From Antedon mediterranea (Eukaryota > Animalia > Echinodermata), in NCBI RefSeq assembly GCF_964355755.1, contig NC_092672.1, positions 11,222,001 to 11,286,000 on the forward strand: DNA of 64,000 bases, read 5' to 3'. The position numbers and the translations under genes were made by a program. This document shows positions 30,701 to 42,206 of the stretch, piece by piece (position 1 is the first letter of the stretch; each line of letters begins with the position of its first letter). The notes beneath the pieces are model-generated. The model saw nothing but the letters and a program-made list of their open reading frames with translations, did not search any database and was not told where the DNA came from.

Positions 30701-33700
30701 AAGTGGCATTGATCATTAAGAACTAGACCGAATACAATGATTCTTTATGTTGTTCTAATAATCATTTTATTCTCATGATAATGTTTTGGTATATATTACA
30801 CAATTTTAACTCCCCCGAGGATGCTTTCCAGTCAGCTCTCATTCATCTGTCCACAACGAGAAGGACGGTTGGACCAGTAGGCCTAGATGGATGCTAGACC
30901 TACACCCCGGGGTAACCCTACTCTTCCGAAAGATGCACTGTTTTATATTTTCTTATAATTATTGCATATATAACTTTTAATTAGAATTTTATAAAATATT
31001 TACATTAGTATTACCAAAGAATCAATCGAATCTAAGGTGTGATCACCTTGATGCTCTAATTGTCAAACAACCTTTAAAATGTTTCATTCTTTTTTTAATA
31101 GGAAACATTCCAAAATGGATTAAAGGTACAATGATTCGAAATGGACCAGGCCTGTTTGAAGTCGGTGACGATACATATAAACATTGGTTCGATGGCCTTT
31201 CATTACTTCACCGATTCAATCTTAATAACGGCAAAGTTACGTACCAGAGTCGATTTCTACAAAGCGAAGCGTACAAACGAGCAATGAAATATAAACGAAT
31301 TGTTATGACAGAATTTGGAACTCTCGGAATTCCGGATCCGTGTAAAAATATATTTGAGAGGTTCGCTTCACAGTTTCTTCCGTTGAACATTACTGATAAT
31401 GACGTCATTAATTTTATGAAAATTGGTGATGATTTATATACACTTACGGAAACGCAATACATTCGAAAAATTGATACGGAGGATTTAACGTCAAGTGAAA
31501 ACAGGGTAAGTTATATAAACATAATGTATAGTACTATCAATTAAAATGTTTTCATAAGATTTTAAAAACTAACAGAAAGACGTAAACCTGTCCATAAAAT
31601 TTCTTATTATCAAACTGTCGGTTATAATACAGTTGTATACAAACAGTGTATTGAGATTGGTTCCTATTTGGACGCAACCCAGCGACGTGGACGCAACCTA
31701 AGTGAGTTAACCAATCACAAGCGATAGTTGGGATGGTCTTTGCGTCGTGATTAGCCAAATTACTTACGGTGCGATTAGCGTTCTTGTATTACGTCTAAGA
31801 AAACCAAGCTTTACTAGTATATAGCCTACATTTTCCATGACATGCGTTATTTCATAGTGTCGCGCGCAGCTATATTAAAACACTCTTTCATACTATGCAT
31901 CATCACATGTTTTTAATCATGGATAAACCAAATACCTTGCTTAAATCAAACAATTATAGAGATGAGCGTGAAATATAGTTCGAATAAAACGACAAATTTA
32001 CCCCGTATCGAGCATTGAAATGACATTTTTCAACATTATTTGCAGGTTGATTTGTTCCGTACGTTTGCCGTTCTGACGCAAAGTTCACATCCGCACGTGG
32101 ACGTGGATGGTTGCACGTACAACATGGCGTCTTCCTACCTTCTTGGCTGCTACTACAACATTGTCAAATTCACACCAAATACAGGTACGTTTATATTAAG
32201 ATAATGTAATGGGTTGCGTTTAGAGAAATAAGTTATCAATCATCTCCAGCAGTGACAGTACAAATGGAACGTGTGGCATTTTACGTAGAGTTATTTACTT
32301 GGCAAAATAGAATGTTGCCAAGAATAGTACTTGCTTTGTTTGTTTGTTAGCACGATAGCGCCTATAATTTTGAAGTTATTCATTTTTCGGTATATACTTA
32401 CAGAACATGCCTATTACAATTCAAGAAAATCGGTTTATTAATAATTTCACAAATAAAAAAAAATGGTATTCTTTTAACATGGGCCGAAATATCAACATGC
32501 GCCCTCTGTGGCAACATTTTGCCAAGTACTTTACTCAGTTTCTGAGTGCTTTAATTTATACATCACTAAACAACAGATCAATTGTTTATAATACCATGTG
32601 CTTACAAATTCTAATTTATAGGTCTATAATATTGTACTACTGCAGTAAGCTTGACACAAAATATCTGTTCTTGTGTGAATGCACACTAACGTTTATTTAT
32701 TTTGTTTGTTTAGGTCCCGATCCGACATCTACTGCGGAAATAGTCTGTCGTATACCAGCAACGCGGTGGACGAAACCAAGTTACTATCACAGTTTTGGAA
32801 TGACAACAAACTATTTCATATTCCTTGAACAATCTTTGTATATAGACATACCTCGGCTTGCCATTTCTACCATGTGCCGAAAACCTATAGCTTCTTCGTT
32901 GTTCTATGACAAACACGAACCAGTGAGGTTCCATCTTGTGAACAGAAGCGATGGTAGCATCGTAAAAACGCAATACGTTTCTGACCCCATGTTTGGGATG
33001 CATGTCATTAATTCTTACGAACAAGACGGTCATGTTATTTTTGATATGTGCTGCTATGGAGATGGGTATCTTATCAGTAAATTTTATCTGGATTATTTAA
33101 GAAACGGAGACGAGAATGGAAAAACTGAATTTCCTTCACCGGAATTGAGAAGATACGTTTTACCGTTAAACATCAATTCGGTAAGTAACGACTAACGTAT
33201 CCATTACTTGCACTACTGCTTTTTTTAAATTTAGGGGAAAAAAGTTTTGCTTAAAATTAAACTATAGAGGGCGTCAACATTATGTTTGTTTTCATCTAAT
33301 TTTGTTAGAGTAGTACTGTATGTACAAACCATTCAAAGTAGGTCTAAACAATGATATATAGTAGTTACTTTTAACATAGTCTAGTCTGATTAGTGACATA
33401 ATAGGCAATTAATTGTTACGGTAAAGGTAAATGTGAGTCCCGTGTTCATTCTGAACGTAGGGAAATGAGCTGTTAGGAGCTCATTGTACTAAGCCTAAGT
33501 TACGGTGTGAAGTTCTGTCATTTTGTTGGTAGCATATTGTTTAAAAGGTTGTTAAGTTGCTAACCTAATTGTTGTTGTTTCATTTTACATAATTGTATGT
33601 TTTCACAGTGGACACCGCGAGATAGCAACCTAGTAACTTTAAAGAACAGCAAAGCAACCGCCAGGCTGCAGAAAAATGGACAAGTCTACCTTGTTCCGGA

Positions 33701-36585
33701 GTGCATGTCAGAAATTGGTAAGTGTGTATATTAAGAAGATCGAACTTGGAATTTCGAATTTACTAATGGCATTAACGGTATTGATATTATTACGGTACTC
33801 ATAAAAACTTAATTGTTGTTAAAATAAAATCAGTACGGTATGGCGTATGCCTGTGTAACTTTAAGCTTGGTTCCCACATGACAAAACCCAACGACGTAGG
33901 CGCAACGCAAGTTCGGATGATCCATCGCGTCCAAAAATCGAGAATCAGGAAGAAATACTGAAGAAATTCTCGACGCAACAAATAATTTTCAGATTAAGTG
34001 ATAGATTTAGAATAACATTGCAAAGAACATTAAATGTATATTGTCCTCTTGAAGAAAAAAATAAAATAATACATTTTTTTGTTGAATATACCATTATAAT
34101 GTCAGAATAATAGTTATTCACTTTGACAAAAAATGGATTGAAAAAACAATTTTTTACCTGAAAAACTGTAACTCAAAGCAAGAAATAGTCCAATTGACTG
34201 AAAGTTTGGTTGAATTTAATCGTTTATTTTGTCTTTTCATAAGTTATTTTTTTCTACGAAAGTAAAACTGCAAAATGACCTATTCAAAGTCTTTTAATTA
34301 ATTAATTAATTAATTAATCATGTTTTAGGAAGACAAATACATCTTTAAATAAATCTCTTTCCTTCATTATATATTTAGGGATTGACATGCCGTGTATTAA
34401 TTACAAGAAGTATAATGCCAAGCCTTACCGATACGCTTATGGGACATCTAACGTACCCGCAGGAGGATTCGTTGATGCAGTAAGTTGTTTTATATTAATA
34501 CGAATACACAATACTCTTTGAATCTATTTAAAATTATGACGCAAATCTTAGAAAGACATATAATAAACTTCCAGAAAAAGTAAACACTGCCTTACCAAAC
34601 TTATTCAAAAAGATCAAAGGCGATTATATAGACTTTAGCCAACTGTCTTTACGAGCCATCCTTATATAAAACAGTCCTTGTTTTATAATTATTAATGTAG
34701 AGTATATTATGCTATAACATGTCTATTTTTAGTAACATACTTTATTGGCCAAACAATTGAAGTAAAACTGTAAATCGACACTGCATAATATTGCAGAATC
34801 TGTTTGCGAACAAGGTGACTCATCAGCATACGGTGGCCAAAATCAGATTGATTCGATCTTGAATAGAGTGTCCTAACATTAATCATTGAACAAATTATAC
34901 TGTAAAAATAAATGTATTATGGTACCAGTATACGTTATAATAAATATCTCGTCTTCTGGTAGATTGCTGTCAAAAGACGAGACACAACTCTTGCTGTCTT
35001 TTAGTCAGTACATGATATTTTACGTGTATCGGGTGAAAAAATGTACGATAATAGTATAGGAAGCCTACAATTATGGATCTTTCATATTATTATCCACTTG
35101 GTTTATGTTTATTTAGATGGCAAAAATAGATCTTCACACTAAGGAAAGTAAGATTTGGCAAGAACCTAATTGCTACCCTTCGGAACCAATGTTCATCGAA
35201 TCTCCAGACGCTGTCGATGAAGATGACGGTAAGAAACTCATTAGCTATTAGGGAGGTTTCGCAACCTTACGAATACGATAACGAAAACGGATACGTCATA
35301 CATTTGTGAAACTTTTGAGCTGATCCCCATTTCATATTAGTAAAGCGTATTCGTGTTGACGAATATCACCAGTCATATTCGTAACTACAAAACGAGTATA
35401 GTTTTTGATCTATTTTGCACATTTTGTATTTGAATTAGGAATGATTCATGATTATAATATAATTATAGATTTATTGAAAGTAATTTACTAAAGTAATTTA
35501 CTAAAATGCCAGGTCAATTTAGATAAATAGCAGTTTTTAAAGTCCTCACTCGCTTTGATGTTACGCTAGGCCTAGGCAGCCAAGCACCAAGCAACACGTA
35601 CCTGCGCTTTGCTCAAATTTACCGCAGTCGATCATATTCGTTGCCATGCGAAACAGATTTTTTTATGGTTTACGAAAACGAATACGTGTGCGTGACGTAT
35701 CCGTTTTCGTTATCGTATTCGTAAGATTGCGAAACCTCTCTATTTCTGTAAAACATTTAAAATTGATGGCTTGGAATATGCATTGCTTGCCATTTCACAT
35801 ACAGTAGATAACATTATAAACACTAAAAAAAATAAGATGAAGACTTTTTCACCTAGATATAGAAAGTTATATTATAATCAAAGAACTTATAACACAAGAA
35901 TCTCCTGTTCTTCAATTTGCATTCAAAACACAGTATCGGAAGTACAGTGTTAAAAAGTCAAACTGGGCGACGCCATTTCACAGCATGGAGCAGCGCCCCC
36001 TCCAAACTAGGAAGTCAATTACTCTACCCCCCCCCCCCCCTAGAGTATTAGCAGATCCCCTCTATGATTTTGACTTTCTAATTTGATGCGGGCGCCCTAC
36101 TCCTCAGTCAATTACTCTATCCCCCCTAGAGCATTAGCAGATCCCCTCTATGATTTTGACTTTCTAATTTGATGCGGGCGCCCTACTCCTCAGTCAATTA
36201 CTCTATCCCCCCTAGAGCATTAGCAGATCCCCTCTATGATTTTGACTTTCTAATTCGATGCGGGCGCCCTACTCCATGGCTCACAACGGCGCCACCCATA
36301 GCTCTATTCTATCCCACAATGCCTTTCGAAATTGTTACGCGTTTCGGACGAACAGGAGATTCTTGTGTTATAAGTTCTTTGTTATAATATAAACTCATTT
36401 TAACTGATGAACATCCGTTTTATCTTATAGGTGTTATTTTATCGTGCATTGTTAATTCTGAACACCGTAGTGCATTTCTGCTTGTCTTGGATGCAAAAAC
36501 ATTTAAAGAAATAGGACGAGCCCAACTTCCTGACAACATAGAGTGTGGCTTAACATTCCATGGACATTTTGAGAAATGCTCATGA
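21668..36585 (+). CDS. Carotenoid cleavage oxygenase, BCO1/BCO2/RPE65 family (beta-carotene dioxygenase-like), complete gene, 8 coding exons, 523 aa
   Basis: Exons 21668-21752, 31102-31505, 32046-32184, 32714-33180, 33609-33717, 34379-34479, 35117-35228 and 36431-36585 have GT-AG boundaries with matching phases (1572 nt total). Family motifs: GxIPxWxxG, RNGPG, HWFDG, EFGT..PDPCKNIF, TET, SHPH, YYHSFG, MHVINSYE, PSEP, EDDG, LDAKTF, TFHGHF. The exact orthologue cannot be assigned without phylogeny. Confidence 0.95.
24488..24534. mobile_element. P-superfamily-like palindromic scar (CATGG...CCATG, 30-bp perfect palindrome plus partial duplicate end)
   Basis: catggattaatgaat|attcattaatccatg followed by atattcattatttcatg. 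Flanks are gttgcac / gttgcat (7-bp TSD with one mismatch). Confidence 0.6.
27254..27400. repeat. Tandem repeat TATTAGCAGCTATAGTTGGCAAGATAC... (~37-43 bp, 4 copies)
   Basis: Directly visible. Confidence 0.85.
29987..30026. mobile_element. P-superfamily-like 40-bp palindromic scar (CATAG...CTATG) with 7-bp TSD
   Basis: Perfect 19-bp arms with a 2-nt spacer. atgcgac is duplicated exactly on both sides. Confidence 0.75.
31102..31505 (+). CDS. Carotenoid oxygenase exon 2
   Basis: Polypyrimidine tract plus ag at 31100-31101. Encodes RNGPG, HWFDG, PDPCK and TET motifs. Donor AGG|gtaagt. Confidence 0.95.
32046..32184 (+). CDS. Carotenoid oxygenase exon 3 (VDLFRTFAVLTQSSHPHVDVDGCTYNMASS...)
   Basis: tgcag acceptor, AG|gtacgt donor. 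Contains the first iron-binding His (SHPH). Confidence 0.93.
32714..33180 (+). CDS. Carotenoid oxygenase exon 4
   Basis: Encodes PSYYHSFGMT and MHVINSYE (two iron-binding His). Donor TCG|gtaagt. Confidence 0.95.
33609..33717 (+). CDS. Carotenoid oxygenase exon 5 (WTPRDSNLVTLKNSKATARLQKNGQVYLVPE...)
   Basis: ttcacag acceptor, G|gtaagt donor. NLVTL..ATA family motif. Confidence 0.92.
34379..34479 (+). CDS. Carotenoid oxygenase exon 6 (GIDMPCINYKKYNAKPYRYAYG...)
   Basis: PxINY..YN.KPYRYAYG family motif. Donor GCA|gtaagt. Confidence 0.92.
35117..35228 (+). CDS. Carotenoid oxygenase exon 7 (MAKIDLHTKESKIWQEPNCYPSEPMFIESPDAVDEDD-G)
   Basis: PSEP and EDDG motifs with canonical splice sites. Confidence 0.94.
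35251..35740. mobile_element. MITE with ~48-bp TIRs (GGGAGGTTTCGCAACCTTACGAATACGATAACGAAAACGGATACGTCA...) in carotenoid oxygenase intron 7
   Basis: Near-perfect long terminal inverted repeats with TA on both flanks. Confidence 0.85.
35879..36381. mobile_element. Non-autonomous P/Galileo-like MITE, copy 1 (TIR CAAAGAACTTATAACACAAGAATCTCCTGTTC, 7-bp TSD ttataat)
   Basis: ~32-bp perfect TIRs and exact TSD. An internal ~85-bp unit is triplicated. Near-identical second copy at 39898-40230. Confidence 0.88.
36431..36585 (+). CDS. Carotenoid oxygenase exon 8 (terminal; ...LLVLDAKTFKEIGRA...TFHGHFEKCS*)
   Basis: ttatag acceptor. FHG motif carries the fourth iron-binding His. TGA at 36583-36585. Confidence 0.94.
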
Positions 36586-36779
36586 GAAAACTTTTGACAA
36601 GAAGGTAGACGTATTTACCTCTCATGTCAACCTCAGGGATTCTTACTAACCTGAAAAAAGCAGAAGGAACATGGAAGAACAGAAAGACAGAGTTTGATGA
36701 CACATGTTACGGTAAGATAACAATCGGAAGATCAACCAAGGTGTTTTTGTCAGAACGTTAAAACATATCTATGATGTTG

Positions 36780-37265
36780 CAGACTCATGTTAACAGAATC
36801 TTGAAATAGACTCATGTTACCAGACTCTTGTAATAGACTCATGTTAACAGACTCTTTCTTGTAACAGACTGTACCAGACTCTTTTAATAGACTCATGTTA
36901 ACAGACTCTTGTAACATACTCGTATAATAGACTCCTGTAACAAACTCTTGTAACATTTCTGCGCCAACAAGGTGTTTCTGGTGGCAGAGTGGGTGACAAC
37001 AATCGTAACAAAGTCTTGTATAGACTCGTACCAGAATCTTGAAATAGACTCATGTTAACAGACTCTTGTAACATACTCGTATAATAGACTACTGTAACAA
37101 ACTCTTGTAAACATTTCTGCGCCAACAAGGTGTTTCAGGTAGAGTGGGTAACAACAATCGTAACAAACTCTTGTAACCGACTCGTACCAGACTCTTGTAA
37201 TAGACGCATGTTAACAGAATCTTGTAACATACTCGTATAATAGATTCCTGTTACATACTCTTCTG
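36780..37265. repeat. Complex tandem repeat (AGACTCATGTTAAC/AGACTCTTGTAA subunits, ~180-bp higher-order duplication) in the presumed 3' UTR
   Basis: Directly visible. It explains the repetitive minus-strand ORFs 36750-37128. Confidence 0.85.
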
Positions 37266-38078
37266 TGCCAACAATATTGAGTGCAGATAATGAAACAACA
37301 TAGACATATGAAGCGAAGTGTTATTATCGATTTTAAAAAGGCCTGCAAGTCAATTAAAAAAAAGTGCAATAGTTTCCTATAGAACCTTGAAATAAATGTA
37401 TAGTATTCACGGCCAAATAGTGTTTAAAAAAACGTAGTTACAATAAATGCGGCATTATCCATGTGAAAAGGAAATAGTCACGAGAAGGTATGCTTTTCAA
37501 AAAAGTGTCAACGTTTCTGTGTGATATTAAATAGCAAACCATCACCTATTAAACACTTATACGGAATTATTTTAAATGAGAAAGCCGGTTTAGGGTTGGG
37601 CTCATAGCTGAATATGGGGTAACTTGTAGGGGAAACAACGCAGTAATAACTGCCTTTGTCGAAAAGCTTTGATAAAATATCATACGATACAAACTACGAA
37701 TGAATTGGCTAAATATTGCCTCTATTGCCGTAGGCCTAGTTTTATCAGTGACAGTATGATGAGACACAGCACGCGTGTACATTATGTTATTTGCTAAATG
37801 TACACGGTGCAAATCGTGTATATTGTGTATATTGTGTTTATCTCTGACGAGTCATACAGTACAGATTTGCCAAAACGACATACTTATTAGTCAATATGTT
37901 TATATGTGCTGCTTTTTATATGCCTTGAAATGAAGTTGCTTATAATAAAACAATAATTAATTTTTGAAATTATAAAAACAATGCTTTTTATTTTAGCCTA
38001 CTGACTAATTCAACATATCAATGCATTTGAATTGTTTTGTTTTAGTTTTAGTTTATGTAAACAATAAAAACAGTGATG

Positions 38079-38082
<4 letters not shown>

Positions 38083-38171
<89 letters not shown>

Positions 38172-38227
38172 AAATCAGGCAAAGAACATTAATTCTAAAC
38201 CACCCGGTAATATACTATATATATATA

Positions 38228-38258
<31 letters not shown>
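38083..38258. repeat. (AT)n microsatellites (38083-38167 and ~38214-38258)
   Basis: Directly visible. Another (AT)n run lies at ~47658-47688. Confidence 0.95.
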
Positions 38259-39897
38259 ATAAACGAAATCGTCAGGATAAAAGTGTTCAATGTCGTTTAA
38301 ACAACAATAAACTGAACTAAAGAACATAAGAACTTTAGTTTAACACTACACAATATGTATGTACTGTAAGCGGGGAAACTGTACACTGGTGGTGAAAATA
38401 CGAAACTTTATTTCACTCTCGCAGATATATTATATAGATGTGTGTGAGAGTAAAACTATCACAAAGCTTACCATGGATACAAATATATGATAATTAGGTA
38501 TGATATTATAATGATTATATCACATATTCAATTCAATATTTTTGTTTTAAATCCTAAATTTATATATTCTATAATAATTATAACATAATTTGTGCTTTTT
38601 AATTATTATTTTGAATGTGTGAGTAATTATTTTTATGTATTTAACCCATCGTAGCAACACTGTTTTAATAATTATAATTGTATATATAATTGCATATACC
38701 TATGCTTTCTAATGTAAACTGTTGCGTTGTTTTGTTTGATGTGATTCCAACGCAGGTAGTACTTAATTATGAATCATACACGCTACATTTTGTGTTGTCT
38801 ATGTATAAGCCTATTAACAGAACATGTTTGTTAAATCTACATCCTCACCTGTTCAGTTTAAACAAAATACGAAAACTTCGTTGAGAAAAAAACAATTGCG
38901 GTATTACAGATTATATAATCGTTAAAACACGCGCATGCGTATTAGGCCAACATATTTTGTAAGGTTATCTTATTTTTATCAGCCGATTCGACTCCTCGAG
39001 TCCATGAGGATCCTGAGTTAGTAGAGGTTCATGTTCGGAAATATTAATTGTCAAGCCTACATTCCACCGCCAAAATTGCAGAACTATAACATTGCGTCCG
39101 GGTTAGAAACGAAACTTCGGTCTACTTTTGACCAATCACTGTCCGTCTCGCAGTTTATAACATCTCGAAGGTCACGAATAAGTTAAAGCGGGTAGGACAA
39201 ATTGCAAGCGGAAAATGTGAATACATTTTTTCACTGAATAATGTCGGACGTCTTAATGTACCCGGTTCAATTTCAAACAGGTTCAAATGTACAGTAATGG
39301 TTAAACACAATTAGCAATAATTAACCCATTAAAATAATTATCTGTAGGGCCTTCTTGGTCGACTCTAGAAGCACTATGAAATACTTAATACCATTCGCTT
39401 TGTGTACCTGCATACACAAACAAACTTAGGTTAGAATCAGGGAAGAGTAATTCCCCTGGTTAGAATCTAAAGTTGCCATTATCTTCTCGATTCAGTTTAA
39501 TATTGAATGTACGTGCAATGGAAAAAATATATTTTAAAAATCATATTAATACATTGATAATTGATTTTGGTTAAATTCGCAGTTTTATTCAATTTGTAAA
39601 TTTCAGTACTGATTTAAAATTATAATTTTACATTTTGTTAAAGATAGTTTTTTTCTTAAAACAACTAATAAAAATGTAATAGAAAAAAGGCATAATTAAA
39701 TTATGTTATCCGAGTAACTATCAAAATAACACATTTGCATGCTGCGTTACATTAATACTTATGCCTATAATTTGTATGTATACATTTATAAATAATTGTT
39801 AACACATATGTTTTTTATTGCCTCGTATCCTTATGTTGTTAATTATCCAAAGTATATTAATAGTAAATTGTCATTGTCAATAGTTGATTAGTAATAA

Positions 39898-40230
39898 CAA
39901 AGAACTTATAACACAAGAATCTCCTGTTCTTCAATTTGCATTCAAAACATAGTATCGGAAGTACAGGGTTAAAAAGTCAAACTGGGCGACGCCATTTCAC
40001 AGCATGGAGCAGCGCGTCCCCTCTAAACTAGGAAGTCAATTACTCTACCCCCCCCCCCTCCCTCTAGAGTATTAGCAGATCCCCTCTATGATTTTGACTT
40101 TCTAATTTGATGCGGGCGCCCTACTCCATGGCTCACAATGGCGCCACCCATTAGCTCTATTCTATCCCACAATGCCTTTCGAGATTGTTACGCGCTTCGG
40201 ACGAACAGGAGATTCTTGTGTTGTTCTTTG
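39898..40230. mobile_element. Non-autonomous P/Galileo-like MITE, copy 2 (7-bp TSD gtaataa)
   Basis: Same sequence as 35879-36381 but with a single internal unit and a 4-bp deletion in the right TIR. gtaataa is present on both sides. Confidence 0.88.
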
Positions 40231-41312
40231 GTAATAATACCAAATGCTGCTTATTTGTAGAAACGTTACCATTGTAAACTATACCTATAGGCCTGACGTA
40301 GATGCACGTCATAACAATTATAAACTATGTAAATGAAGGTCTAACCTTCCCCAATTTCACGTGTATATAATAAGTTCGAATTAATTAGTAACAATTATTA
40401 AATGAGCTTTCTGCTGCACACAGAAACCTGAAATATGTAAATTAAATAATAATAAAATCGGTACAACACGATTATATATTAAGAACCATGGTAATAAGAT
40501 TATGGATTATTGTGTTATTATTTGTCAACAATGATTAATATGCAAATATTGAATAAATACAACTAAGCTTTAAAAAATAATATATAGTGATTGTTTTCTG
40601 AATCGGTGTTCATTCTCTGTAAATACTTCAGTTTATTTTAAACATGTAGGCTACACGAGTCCACACCAACAATAACCGTTCCATATCGAAACTGCGTAAA
40701 GTTAAAGTGTGCTCAACGGTCGAATCATTCGGACGTTTCTAATGGTTTTTACGAATAAATGTGATATTAAAACTATCTGGAGAACTGATAACAGATTGTT
40801 AGTAGGGGTCTGAGAGATTCTCCTTGACCTCTTAGTTGGTTTTTATTAGGTCTAGGTCTGATTTACTACATGATCAGTACACATGCACATCGTCTTTCTC
40901 CTCGGAAAAGCTTGAGACGATGGTAAGCGCCACAAAGCTGGGGTAAAGGTAGGGCGGAGGTTGAGAGCAACAGAACAAATGTTCCAGATATCGTTTCAAG
41001 CAACGCATGCGCAGCAATCAAAGGCAAATTCATAACAATAATAAAAAGTAAGTTCGTTTAAATGAATTATCGCGCGCAGAATCATGAAATGCCCGTTTAT
41101 CTGATCTGACACGTGACCAGGAGCTCTAAAGGGGATATAAATACTGTATAATTCTATCACTGGTCTTTCAATGTTACGCCGACACTTTTTTTATTCTGTT
41201 TTCCTGTTAGGCCTATGTAATGTTAAATAATGTTCATGGTTTAGGGGGAAGGAGGGATTACGCAAACGATTTGATTTGTTAACGTTAAATTTAAACGTTT
41301 ACGTGCTCGTAC

Positions 41313-41355
41313 CAAAGATTGTATAGCGCCGCTACGCGGCGCTATACAATCTTTG
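41313..41355. mobile_element. P-superfamily-like 43-bp palindromic scar (CAAAG...CTTTG) with 7-bp TSD
   Basis: Perfect 20-bp arms caaagattgtatagcgccgc with a tac loop. ctcgtac is duplicated exactly on both sides. Confidence 0.78.
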
Positions 41356-42206
41356 CTCGTACGAAAGCTTTCTATTTTAGCACTGGATGTGTACGTTGGT
41401 GGTGCGTTGGTGGTTGTGATCAATCATATGTTCGAAAGATCCATACGCGAGGAATCAGAACACCGCGCGGGGCGTCCTGCAAATGCAGTGTGCTTCCCTC
41501 CTAAATCTCTGTTGTAAACACTGCAACACTATTCTGTTCAAACAAAAAAAAACAAAATAATATTTTTGTATACTAGGCTATACTATTAACATAATAAAAT
41601 TGTATTAAGGTAGGTCTAGTCTGGCATGACAGGTATTGGAATGTGTGAGTCGTTCTTGTTTCTAGGTCGGCCTACCTACAGGCCTAGCCTAGTAGCCTAG
41701 ATAAGCATGTAGGTTAGGTAGACCTTATAGCCTACTTAAAATGATTATGTCAAAGTTCGATAGCTTATTATAGGATACATTGGATGTGTGCGCTCCCTCG
41801 GACTTGACGACATCCATATGAAATTGTTGTTTTAGACTAGTTTTAGACTAGGCCTAGGCTTATACTGTCATCATGTGCAGAATGATTAGGTTTGCTAAAC
41901 TTAGTTAGTATGATAAACCTACATTAATTATTATGGCTCATGTGTACTTTAAACTCGAGACGAGTAGAGGATTCCCCCTTGTATACACACGGCCATTGTC
42001 ACACACATACACTTATCATAACTAATCAAGAGGACTGTTTTTATGGTCACCCTCTATAAATAAGGTGAAATAAAAATTAATAAATTAAATAAATTGACAG
42101 ATGTGTTAAGCACCGTCCCACAACCCCTTTAATTTCTATATTATTTCTAGTATATCATGTTCATGAAGTTTTGATACATTTTGCTAGATATTATGGTATT
42201 ACGACA

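Noticed and set aside
32407-32713. N-terminal 100 aa of the 262-aa ORF
   Set aside because: This is intronic read-through. Family similarity starts only after the acceptor at 32713.
36750-37128. Minus-strand ORFs with SVNMSLLQE repeats
   Set aside because: Products of the 3' UTR tandem repeat.
38021-38320. ORF with (IY)n run
   Set aside because: Translation of an (AT)n microsatellite.
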